A stretch of DNA of 32,000 nucleotides from Ruminococcus albus 7 = DSM 20455 (GTDB lineage Bacteria > Bacillota > Clostridia > Oscillospirales > Ruminococcaceae). The notes below the pieces were generated by a model, which did not search any database, was not told where the DNA came from, and saw only the letters and a list, made by a program, of their open reading frames with translations. Of this stretch, positions 16,274 to 25,964 are shown piece after piece (position 1 is the first letter of the stretch; every line of letters starts with the position of its first letter). The stretch lies in the NCBI RefSeq assembly GCF_000179635.2, contig NC_014833.1, positions 90,001-122,000 of the forward strand. The letters run 5' to 3'. The position numbers and the translations under genes are program-made.

Positions 16274-17368
16274 TTACCAGTTTTTGAAATACCTCTGACC
16301 ATCGACTTCAAGACAGAACTGCAAGGTCTCAAACCAAGCTGATGTGGAACCGCCGCAGTATCTGGGAGCGTAGTAGTAGGTAGCACCGTTGGTGTTATCT
16401 TCGCCCTGAAGCGCTCTCAGTGCACAATCTCTTGTGTTCTGGGTGGGGACGGCAGTGCCGTAGTAATAGCTGTATATAGCGTCAAACTGTGTGGGAGCTG
16501 TGAGCACTGCCGAAATAGAATCTGGGAACTGGCTCGATTTTACCCTGTTGATTATAACGTTTGCAACAGCGATCTTACTTGCTTCTGAACAATTTCCTAC
16601 CTCGCTCTGGAGAACGTAGCACAGCATCTCGAACTCATCATCTGTATAGCTGATGACGCTTTTCTTTTCGCTGTCCTTATCCTCAAGCTCGATAACGGTC
16701 TTTTCTTCTTTCTTTGTTTCCTTGCTGTCCGGTTTTTTGCCGGTGAAGTACTCAGCCATTGCATAGCCCTTTATCTCGCCATGTCTTACCGAATACCACA
16801 CACCGTCATCGGTGCAGCCGTCAACAACTACTCTTGTGTCGGTGTCGAGTACTTCAAGTGCTTCCGCGCTTTTGCTGGGTTCTGCCCTGAGATTTACGGG
16901 CGACTCAACGTAAAGGAATGTCTTTGAAATACTTTTTACCTTGTTCTCCGTTTTCTTACCGGTCTCAGCCTTGACCTTTTTCTTTTCTGTCTTTTTCTCC
17001 GTGGCTGAAGTTGTCGTCTCGGTCTTGGAGGTACTTGTCTTTTTCTCTGCTTCTGTTACCTTAGCGGTATCGGGAGCTGAGACCTCCGCGAACTCATACT
17101 CGTTGATACTTGCCTTTCTCCATGTGACAGTATCCAGTGCGGTATACGCACCCTCGTCTCTCGCTGTGTCGGTGGTGTTTACATTCGCAGCCTTTGTTTC
17201 TCTGCCGGTATCTGCTTCTGCTCCTGCATTTCTGCCAAGCAGTCCGCATACGCTTATTGTGCCCACCGTTAGTACGCACAGAGCGCTGCTTCCAAGCAAA
17301 GTGCCGACCTTTCTCACGGACGGCTTCGCGGAATTCCGTTTAGCAGCCCTTGATCTTTTCTGCTTCAT
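16274..17368 (-). CDS. Cell wall hydrolase (SleB/CwlJ Hydrolase_2 family) with an SH3b domain and a Thr/Lys-rich linker
   Basis: N-terminal anchor. The SH3b-like segment is VNLRAEPSKSAEALEVLDTDTRVVV..VWYSVRHGEIKGYAMAEYF. The C-terminal IAVANVIINRVKSSQFPDSISAVLTAPTQF matches the SleB-type catalytic domain. Confidence 0.85.
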   Translation of the reverse strand: MKQKRSRAAKRNSAKPSVRKVGTLLGSSALCVLTVGTISVCGLLGRNAGAEADTGRETKAANVNTTDTARDEGAYTALDTVTWRKASINEYEFAEVSAPDTAKVTEAEKKTSTSKTETTTSATEKKTEKKKVKAETGKKTENKVKSISKTFLYVESPVNLRAEPSKSAEALEVLDTDTRVVVDGCTDDGVWYSVRHGEIKGYAMAEYFTGKKPDSKETKKEEKTVIELEDKDSEKKSVISYTDDEFEMLCYVLQSEVGNCSEASKIAVANVIINRVKSSQFPDSISAVLTAPTQFDAIYSYYYGTAVPTQNTRDCALRALQGEDNTNGATYYYAPRYCGGSTSAWFETLQFCLEVDGQRYFKNW

Positions 17369-17503
17369 TTTTTATCACATTACCTTTCCGGGAGCCCCTT
17401 GCGAGACTTCCTGTCCGCAGCCGTGAGAGATGCTGCGGAGCTTTATATTTTACACCGGCGAATCCGGTGTAATAAGCATAAAGCGAATGATGACCTTACG
17501 TCA

Positions 17504-18559
17504 TCAGTATTGCCAGCCCTTATAGACTGTCTTGTTCCCGTAGTTGTCTTTCCACAGCTGCGGGAAGTAGATATCCTTGCCTGCTTTGTTCTTGTAGGAT
17601 GCTTCTATGGCATCGATATCATCATCGGGTGTAAGCTTCTTAGCTACTATTACCCATCTTAATCCTTCCTCTGTCAGCTTTGAACAGGTGGAAAGGGTTA
17701 TATACTTATCGTTCTCGGTACATTTGATATCGCTTGAGTACCATGAACGTCTTGTTATCTCGTTGTACCAGTCATCGAATCTGTACTGGTCATCGGTGAA
17801 ATCTCTGTAGCCTATGTATTCCCAGAGTTCTCCGTTGTCGTCTTTTTCGTCAGTGTTTATTATAAAGCAGCTGACCACGGCGTATTTGCATTTGCTCTCA
17901 TATATGGAGTTGAACTCTATTATTGCATGGTCTTTCACGAAATCGGCGCCCTGTTCGTACTCTGACAGGTGAGTGAAATTTGTGCCCACCCAGCCCATGT
18001 GGTGACCGAATATGGTGATATTGTCAGACTGGCGTTCCTTGCCTATAACGCTCCATGCATCTGCGAATATACTGCCTGATTCGTAGTAATTGCCGTCGAT
18101 ATCCTTATAGAGATATTCGTCATTGTCCTTGCCCTGAAGTACGGGGAAGCTCATATACTGGTCGCCGTCGCTGTCCACGAAGCCGGGTATCTTTATCCAG
18201 CCTACGACATCGTCGTTGCGCTCCAGCAGTTTCTTATCCTTGACCCACTTCTGGACCTCACGCGCTCTGTAAGATTCATCGGGTTCTGCGATATCCACAT
18301 TGTCACTGCCTGTATTTGCCTCATAGTCTATATTGTCATCGAACTTGGGCTCATACTGGTCGATAACTCCGCGGGCACGGTCTTTGCCGTCGCGTACAGT
18401 ATCAATATGGTTTTTCAGCTGTCCTAACGATACGCAGAAGATACCCACTGAAGCAATAAAAACTATCTTCCTGACTATCTCGCTGCTCTTGTCCCCCTTC
18501 CAGGGGATGAAATATTTCAACAGTCCTGCAAAGCTGCCGGACTTCTTGCTGTCGTTCAT
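17504..18559 (-). CDS. srtB: Class B sortase paralogue 2 (extended form)
   Basis: N-terminal FIPWKGDKSSEIVRK plus a TM, as in clostridial SrtB. It has VVGWIKIPG, GSIF, the catalytic His in ITIFGHHMG, Cys in ITLSTC and Arg in RWVIVAK. A roughly 40-aa C-terminal extension ends VYKGWQY. Confidence 0.88.
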   Translation of the reverse strand: MNDSKKSGSFAGLLKYFIPWKGDKSSEIVRKIVFIASVGIFCVSLGQLKNHIDTVRDGKDRARGVIDQYEPKFDDNIDYEANTGSDNVDIAEPDESYRAREVQKWVKDKKLLERNDDVVGWIKIPGFVDSDGDQYMSFPVLQGKDNDEYLYKDIDGNYYESGSIFADAWSVIGKERQSDNITIFGHHMGWVGTNFTHLSEYEQGADFVKDHAIIEFNSIYESKCKYAVVSCFIINTDEKDDNGELWEYIGYRDFTDDQYRFDDWYNEITRRSWYSSDIKCTENDKYITLSTCSKLTEEGLRWVIVAKKLTPDDDIDAIEASYKNKAGKDIYFPQLWKDNYGNKTVYKGWQY

Positions 18560-18645
18560 ATCTGTTGTTTCTCCTGCTATTGCTATCTATAATTGTTCTC
18601 CGACTTTTCGGGGTCATATCCCTGCGTCGGGTCTTGTTTGTATGA

Positions 18646-19722
18646 TCAGTATTCCCAGCCCTTATAGACCTTGTTGTTGCCGTAAAGGTCGCGCCAGTAT
18701 TTCGGAAAATATATATCCTTGTCGGGCCTTTCCTTATAGGATTTCACTATCTGGTCTATATTGTCATCGGGCGTGAGTTTCTTTGCCACTATTACCCAGC
18801 GCAGATCCTTCAGCAGTTTTGAACAGGTGGAAAGGGTGATGTACTTATCGTCCTCGGTACACTTGATATTGCTTGAATACCAGGATCTTTTGGATATCTG
18901 ATCGTACCAGTCCTCGAACTTGTTGTCATCATCATTGAAATCCCTGCAGCCTACATACTCCCATACATCGCCGCCATCATCCTCGGGCTCAGTGTTTATC
19001 GCAAAACAGCTGACTATCGCATATCTGCGACCGCTTTCGTATATGGAATTGAACTCGATTATAGGATACTTTTTCAGGAAGTCCACACCCTGTTCGTACT
19101 CTGACAGGTGGGTGAAGCTTGTGCCTACATAACCCATGTGGTGCCCGAACACCGTGATATTATCGGTCTGTCCGTTTTCATCCATCACGCTGGCATAATC
19201 GATAAATATGCTTCCTGACTCGTAATACTCTTTATCAAGATTTTTTTTAAGATAGTATTTATTATCCTCGCCTCTTAAAACGGGGAAGTTTACATACTCT
19301 TCGCCGCTGTAATCGGTGAAGCCCGGTATCTTTATCCAGCCGATAACGTCCTTATTGCGTTTCAGCAGGGGTTTTGCCCAGTCCTGTAGTTTGAGCTTCT
19401 GCTGTGATGCCTCGGGGTCGGCTGCGTCATAATCATCGGCGCCTTTGTTAGCATCGTAGCTGACGTTCCCATCGAACTTAGGTTCATACTGAACAACGAC
19501 TTCCTGTATGTAGGATTTCTGTTCCTCACGGCTCGCACCAAGATAATCACTGAGCTTGTTGAGTGACATCGAGAACAGTACCAGTGATGCGCAGAATGCC
19601 GCTTTGCGGACTACCTCGCTGCTCTTATCGCCCTTCCATGGGATAAAGTATTTTACAAACCTCAGAAAGAAATTTGAATCATCTCTGTCTGTCAGATTTG
19701 CGGTTTCATTAAACATTGCCAT
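18646..19722 (-). CDS. srtB: Class B sortase paralogue 1 (extended form)
   Basis: Same motif set as the neighbouring gene (FIPWKGDKSSEVVRK, VIGWIKIPG, ITVFGHHMG, ITLSTC, RWVIVAK, VYKGWEY). AGGAGA lies 8 nt upstream. The start overlaps the pncC 3' end by 14 nt. Confidence 0.88.
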   Translation of the reverse strand: MAMFNETANLTDRDDSNFFLRFVKYFIPWKGDKSSEVVRKAAFCASLVLFSMSLNKLSDYLGASREEQKSYIQEVVVQYEPKFDGNVSYDANKGADDYDAADPEASQQKLKLQDWAKPLLKRNKDVIGWIKIPGFTDYSGEEYVNFPVLRGEDNKYYLKKNLDKEYYESGSIFIDYASVMDENGQTDNITVFGHHMGYVGTSFTHLSEYEQGVDFLKKYPIIEFNSIYESGRRYAIVSCFAINTEPEDDGGDVWEYVGCRDFNDDDNKFEDWYDQISKRSWYSSNIKCTEDDKYITLSTCSKLLKDLRWVIVAKKLTPDDNIDQIVKSYKERPDKDIYFPKYWRDLYGNNKVYKGWEY

Positions 19723-20272
19723 CGTTATGATCTCCTTGACCTATCGGTATGCCGCAAAGCTCACATACCATCTGCATAGTCTTCAGTACAGTTATCCTTC
19801 TGATCATTTCTCTGTCAAGTTTTTCATACTCTTCATAAAGTTTCAGCACCCGTGACAGTTCCTTGCTGCCATACCTTACTGAAACGTACACCGTACCCAC
19901 AGGTTTTTCCTCAGTGCCGCCCGAAGGTCCTGCAAGTCCCGTGATGCCTACAGCACAATCGGTGCCGAAAAGCTTCCGGGCGCCAAGGCTCATCTCGCTT
20001 GCCACCTGAGAGGAATATACCGTGTATCTCTCCAGTGTTTCCTTTTTTACACCGAGGACTTTCATCTTTATATCTTCGGTGTATGTGCAGACACCGCCTT
20101 TGAACATTCCTGACGCGCCTGACACTGCTGTGATGCATTCGGAAACCATTCCGCCGGTACAGCTTTCGGCTGTTGAAATAGTGACCGATTTCATCAACAT
20201 ATATTTTACTACACCCTCTGTAACTATGTCAATACTTTCTGTTACCACTTTGTAGTCTTCCGCAAAATTCAT
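19709..20272 (-). CDS. pncC: Nicotinamide-nucleotide amidohydrolase, CinA C-terminal domain only (PncC)
   Basis: TAESCTGGM, GVCTYT and GITGLAGP motifs of the CinA/PncC deamidase domain. The track start at 20308 is replaced by ATG 20272 (MNFAEDYK), which has GGAGGA 6 nt upstream. Confidence 0.88.
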   Translation of the reverse strand: MNFAEDYKVVTESIDIVTEGVVKYMLMKSVTISTAESCTGGMVSECITAVSGASGMFKGGVCTYTEDIKMKVLGVKKETLERYTVYSSQVASEMSLGARKLFGTDCAVGITGLAGPSGGTEEKPVGTVYVSVRYGSKELSRVLKLYEEYEKLDREMIRRITVLKTMQMVCELCGIPIGQGDHNDGNV

Positions 20273-20299
20273 CTGTCTTCCTCCGCTTTTTACTGACAC

Positions 20300-20329
20300 A
20301 TCATACAAAAAATCAGGGCTGATTTTGAA
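20300..20329 (-). promoter_or_regulatory. Candidate sigma-A promoter for the pncC-srtB-srtB operon
   Basis: Minus strand reads TTCAAA (20324-20329), 18-nt spacer, TATGAT (20300-20305). The spacer contains an AAAATCA-gccc-TGATTTT hairpin. Confidence 0.45.
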
Positions 20330-20388
20330 CTATGTATAGATTTAGGTAATGTATCTAACTAAAAAATCAAGGTTTTTTCTATGCCTGA

Positions 20389-20405
20389 TGTTACGCTTTT
20401 GTTAC
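20389..20405 (+). promoter_or_regulatory. OmpR-family (WalR/PhoP-type) direct repeat, site A
   Basis: TGTTAC-gcttt-TGTTAC is an identical hexamer repeated at 11-bp periodicity and a perfect fit to TGTWAH-N5-TGTWAH. It lies 60-80 bp upstream of the candidate pncC -35 box. Confidence 0.45.
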
Positions 20406-20550
20406 AGATATGAGGCATAAGTGTTTGATTTTTCGGACATTTAACACATTCAAAACCTCGGAAATTCGGGAGATCATCATCTTTGATCACCAATTTTTCA
20501 CATTGATCAAGTACCAAAAACAGGACACAAAACTTAAAATTTGGAAGCAT

Positions 20551-20567
20551 TGTAACCGTTGTGTAAC
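20551..20567 (+). promoter_or_regulatory. OmpR-family (WalR/PhoP-type) direct repeat, site B
   Basis: TGTAAC-cgttg-TGTAAC is a perfect fit to TGTWAH-N5-TGTWAH. A third solitary TGTAAC at 20581-20586 abuts a minus-strand TATAAT (20587-20592). Confidence 0.45.
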
Positions 20568-20679
20568 CAAATTTACCAATTGTAACATTATACAAATTGA
20601 GATATTTTTTGTACAGCTGAAAGTTCCTGCATAATGCAAATATATGAAACTGTCAGCCGCTTGTAAGTGCTTGGTTCTC

Positions 20680-21858
20680 TTATCTGTTTTTTATAAGCGT
20701 CACGCTGGTAGCTTCTACAGCCTTCTGTATATAAGGCTCAAAATCAAAGCTTGCCTGCGCCTTTTCTACCTCCGCAAGTGACGGTCTTGTTTTGGGGTGC
20801 TTGGGTGTAAATACGGTACAGCAGTCCTCATAAGGAAGAATAGAAGTCTCAAAAGTGCCGATCTTACGGGCTATCTCAACTATCTCGGACTTGTCCATAC
20901 CTATGCAAGGTCTGAATACGGGCATACGGCAGGCTGCATCGGTGCATACCATGGCATACATGGTCTGACTTGCTACCTGTCCCAGGCTTTCACCTGTAAC
21001 AAGTGCCTGGATATCTCCGTCCTTTTCGCATATACGCTGTGCTATCTCCATCATAAGTCTGCGCATGAGTATGGTGAAAAGCTCCTCGGGGCAGTTGTCG
21101 CGCAGAAGCTCCTGTATCTCCGTAAAGGGTACGCAGAAGAACTTCACGTCGCCGCAGTAGGCTGTCATTAGCTTTGCAAGTGTTTCAACTTTCATCCTCG
21201 CTCTGTCGGAGGTGTAAGGCGGAGCCTCAAAGTGTATAGCTTCAACTACTGCTCCTCGGCGTGCCATCATATAGCCTGCAACAGGGGAATCTATACCGCC
21301 CGAAAGCAGCAGCATAGCGCGTCCGCTTGATCCTACCGGTATTCCGCCTGCGCCGTCAACGGGGTCGGAGTGTACAAAAGCGAAGTCCTCGCGTACTTCA
21401 ACAGTTACTGTGACCTCGGGTTCATGCACATCAACTTCCAGATGAGGGAACCTGTCCAGTATAGCTCCGCCAAGTTCAGCGCATATCTCAGGGGATTTGT
21501 GAGGGAATTTTTTATCGGCACGTCTTGCGTTTACTTTGAAAGTCTTAGCGCCCTCAAGTACCTCTGCCAGATAGTCGGGTGCCTGCTCGCATATTGCTTT
21601 CAGATCCTTTTCGATAGCGCCGCTCCTGCAAAGCTTAACAATTCCGAATACCTTGGAAAGTCTGTTTTCAAACTCGTCTACATCGGGGTTCTCACCTAAG
21701 GGTTCAACGTACAGTGTTGATTGCGATTTAGTTACTCTGAACTCTCCTGCGCTTGCCAGCCTGCGCTTTATAGTCTTGACCATCATGCTCTCAAAAGTGC
21801 TCTTGTTAAGACCCTTGAGGGCTATCTCGCCATATTTGCAAAGAATTATTTCCTTCAT
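20680..21858 (-). CDS. thiI: tRNA 4-thiouridine(8) synthase ThiI
   Basis: The N-terminal ferredoxin-like and THUMP region starts MKEIILCKYGEIALKG. It has the PP-loop LLLSGGIDSPVA. The track start at 21933 is replaced by ATG 21858, which has GGAGGAG 8 nt upstream. Confidence 0.93.
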   Translation of the reverse strand: MKEIILCKYGEIALKGLNKSTFESMMVKTIKRRLASAGEFRVTKSQSTLYVEPLGENPDVDEFENRLSKVFGIVKLCRSGAIEKDLKAICEQAPDYLAEVLEGAKTFKVNARRADKKFPHKSPEICAELGGAILDRFPHLEVDVHEPEVTVTVEVREDFAFVHSDPVDGAGGIPVGSSGRAMLLLSGGIDSPVAGYMMARRGAVVEAIHFEAPPYTSDRARMKVETLAKLMTAYCGDVKFFCVPFTEIQELLRDNCPEELFTILMRRLMMEIAQRICEKDGDIQALVTGESLGQVASQTMYAMVCTDAACRMPVFRPCIGMDKSEIVEIARKIGTFETSILPYEDCCTVFTPKHPKTRPSLAEVEKAQASFDFEPYIQKAVEATSVTLIKNR

Positions 21859-21974
21859 TATAACAGCTCCTCCGTTGATTTTTTGTCGGGAACTGTCGGC
21901 ACGTAACATAAATAATCCTACATATACCGACATTTCTCTTTATATATTAATATGGTATAAAACGTCCGTTCACA

Positions 21975-23114
21975 TCACTTCAGCCTTGCCAGTTCGCTTT
22001 GTGCGGCTGAGATCCCTTCTATAAGTCCGTACAGATCGTCCTCGGTGGTATCGGGCGAAAAGCTTATGCGGAGAGTTGTGTCCATATCGCGTACAGGTAT
22101 TCTGAACTCTGCCAGAACTCCGCTTTTTTTACCCTTGGAACAAGCTGAACCGCTGGAAACGAATATCTCGCGCTTTTCCAGATAGTGCAGCAGTACCTCG
22201 GATTTCAGCCCGTCCACGGTTATACTTGTAACATAAGGCGATTTTTCACCGCGGAAATTTATGCCGATGCCGCCGTTCTTTTCGCAAAGCCCGAATAGCA
22301 GAGATTCCAGCTTTTTCGCATTTTCAAGTCTTTCTGCTATGCTTCCGCTGTAATGCTTTACTGCTTCACCGAAGCCGCATATCAGCGGTACGGACTCCGT
22401 ACCGGAACGCATATTTTTTTCCTGGCCGCCACCCATCAGCAGTGCGGGGATGTGCAGACCTTTGCGTATATAAAGCGCACCGATGCCTTTCGGGCCGCAG
22501 ATCTTATGGGCACTCAGCGATATAAGGTCTGCCCCGAGGGTCTTTGTCTTTATGGGCAGCTTCATATATCCCTGAACGCAGTCGCAGTGGGTGATGACCT
22601 TCGGAAAACGCCTGTGTATCGCATTGAAAGCCTTGCTTACGGGGAGCACTGCGCCTGTTTCGTTGTTGACCAGCATCATGCTTACAAGGAAGGTATCCTC
22701 GTTTACCGCGTCAGCCACGGCATCGGCCGGTATCATTCCGTTCTCATCGGGAGATATACGTATGACTTCGCAGCCAAGACGTTCAAGCTCATCAAATGGA
22801 CGTGCGGTCGCAGGGTGTTCTATCGTGGTGGTGACCACTCTGTGCTTTCGCTTTCCCTGTGATCTGTATGCCCCGAAGATAGAGGTGTTGCTGCTTTCTG
22901 TAGCGCCGGATGTGAAGAATATCTCCTCTGCGAGGCATCCGAGGCTGTCAGCTATGGCATTTCTTGCATCAGTGACGAGCAGCTCCGCATCAAGTCCGCA
23001 GCGGTGCAGCGATGACGGATTGCCGAATACCTCCAGCCCCTTCATGACTCCTGCTTTTGCGGCATCACAGGGCTTTGTGGTGGCAGCGTTGTCAAGATAT
23101 ATCAATACGCTCAT
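21975..23114 (-). CDS. Cysteine desulfurase (NifS/IscS class V aminotransferase), ThiI partner
   Basis: It has YLDNAATT, the PLP-lysine motif SLSAHKICGPKG, and SSGSACS with the catalytic Cys. Start is either ATG 23114 (preceded by GGAAAGGA) or ATG 23135. Pairing with thiI mirrors the nifZ-thiI arrangement in Bacillus. Confidence 0.9.
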   Translation of the reverse strand: MSVLIYLDNAATTKPCDAAKAGVMKGLEVFGNPSSLHRCGLDAELLVTDARNAIADSLGCLAEEIFFTSGATESSNTSIFGAYRSQGKRKHRVVTTTIEHPATARPFDELERLGCEVIRISPDENGMIPADAVADAVNEDTFLVSMMLVNNETGAVLPVSKAFNAIHRRFPKVITHCDCVQGYMKLPIKTKTLGADLISLSAHKICGPKGIGALYIRKGLHIPALLMGGGQEKNMRSGTESVPLICGFGEAVKHYSGSIAERLENAKKLESLLFGLCEKNGGIGINFRGEKSPYVTSITVDGLKSEVLLHYLEKREIFVSSGSACSKGKKSGVLAEFRIPVRDMDTTLRISFSPDTTEDDLYGLIEGISAAQSELARLK

Positions 23115-23142
23115 TCCTTTCCGTTTTTGTAACATAAATTAT

Positions 23143-23171
23143 ATTATACCATATTTAGCACATGATTTCAA
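23143..23171 (-). promoter_or_regulatory. Sigma-A type promoter for the desulfurase-thiI operon
   Basis: Minus strand reads TTGAAA (23166-23171), 17-nt spacer, TATAAT (23143-23148), with a TGg extended -10. Confidence 0.72.
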
Positions 23172-23249
23172 CATAATAAGTGTGAACACCTTCTATGCCA
23201 CAGGTTATCCGAAAGTTCATTTCTGTGATATCTTTTGTTCATGGAAGTA

Positions 23250-23278
23250 TTGACATCGGTTTACATAAATGCTATAAT
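23250..23278 (+). promoter_or_regulatory. Consensus sigma-A promoter for cdd
   Basis: TTGACA (23250-23255), 17-nt spacer, TATAAT (23273-23278). Both hexamers are perfect. Confidence 0.8.
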
Positions 23279-23331
23279 AATCTGGGTAATGGCCATAATG
23301 GCGAAATATATGGATATCGGGGTGTATTATA

Positions 23332-23715
23332 ATGGATAGCAACGAACTTCTGCAGCTTGCCTGCGAAGCCGCACAGAATTCCTATTCAAAGTATTCGGGT
23401 TTTTCTGTCGGAGCGGCACTGCTGACTGAGGACGGAAGGGTATTCAAGGGGTGCAATATTGAAAACAGCTCATTCTCGCTGACTATATGTGCCGAGCGCA
23501 CAGCTATATTCAAGGCGGTGTCGGAGGGGTGTACAAGTTTCAAAGCTATTGCCATAGTAGGCGGTGCTGAGGGCAATTTTTCGCATCCTTGCTGTCCCTG
23601 CGGCGCGTGTCTGCAGGTGATGAGTGAATTCTGTGACGAGGACTTCTCTATAATTCTCACAAACGGCGAATTCACGCTTGATGATTTTCTGCCTATGCGT
23701 TTTGAACTGAATTGA
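23332..23715 (+). CDS. cdd: Cytidine deaminase
   Basis: 127 aa with zinc-binding motifs CAERTA and PCGACLQV of the homotetrameric Cdd family. Confidence 0.94.
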   Translation: MDSNELLQLACEAAQNSYSKYSGFSVGAALLTEDGRVFKGCNIENSSFSLTICAERTAIFKAVSEGCTSFKAIAIVGGAEGNFSHPCCPCGACLQVMSEFCDEDFSIILTNGEFTLDDFLPMRFELN

Positions 23716-23725
23716 CACTATATCA

Positions 23726-23752
23726 GAGCACAGGATCTCCTGTGCTTTTTTC
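23726..23752 (+). terminator. cdd terminator
   Basis: AGCACAGGA-tct-CCTGTGCT followed by TTTTTT. Confidence 0.85.
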
Positions 23753-23754
23753 AT

Positions 23755-23790
23755 GCAAAAAAGCGGAGAACAGCTACTCTCCGCTTTTGT
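23755..23790 (-). terminator. groEL terminator (bidirectional shape)
   Basis: GCGGAGA-8 nt loop-TCTCCGC flanked by AAAAAA and TTTT. It lies 20 nt after the groEL stop. Confidence 0.82.
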
Positions 23791-23808
23791 TATCATATTC
23801 TGTCAGGA

Positions 23809-25461
<1,653 letters not shown>

Positions 25462-25585
25462 TTACCTCCGTCTTGATAATTCATGATCCATAGTTCGGTT
25501 TGGAAATCGCTTCCTGCTATTTATGAAAAAAGCTCTGAACTATGATGATTATAATTTGATGTTATGCCTGATGTACCTGCCGAAG

Positions 25586-25900
<315 letters not shown>

Positions 25901-25905
25901 TTATT

Positions 25906-25932
25906 TTAGCACTCTTGCTATCCGAGTGCTAA
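25906..25932. promoter_or_regulatory. CIRCE element (HrcA operator)
   Basis: TTAGCACTC-ttgctatcc-GAGTGCTAA exactly matches the CIRCE consensus TTAGCACTC-N9-GAGTGCTAA. It sits immediately downstream of the groES -10 box. Confidence 0.95.
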
Positions 25933-25936
25933 GTAT

Positions 25937-25964
25937 ATTGTACCACGATTTTTCTAAATTGCAA
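25937..25964 (-). promoter_or_regulatory. Sigma-A type promoter for groES-groEL
   Basis: Minus strand reads TTGCAA (25959-25964), 16-nt spacer, TACAAT (25937-25942), with a TGg extended -10. CIRCE follows directly. Confidence 0.75.

Noticed and set aside
17369-17503. Three 7-bp hairpins upstream of the SleB-type hydrolase gene (TGATGAC/GTCATCA, ACACCGG/CCGGTGT, CCGCAGC/GCTGCGG), considered as a cyclic-di-AMP (ydaO-type) riboswitch
   Set aside because: The region is too short. It lacks the conserved pseudo-symmetric ydaO features I remember (GGGGACCCA, GGUGAAUC and ACCCGAAUCC-type blocks). Sortase terminator structures plus a simple leader are a more likely explanation. An Rfam scan would settle it.
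20359-20595. 78-aa minus-strand ORF in the thiI-pncC spacer, containing a CxxC...HxC pattern
   Set aside because: It needs a TTG start with no SD, and internal ATGs also lack an SD. It is AT-rich with codon usage unlike the neighbouring genes, and it spans the direct-repeat motifs. I treat the region as non-coding regulatory DNA.
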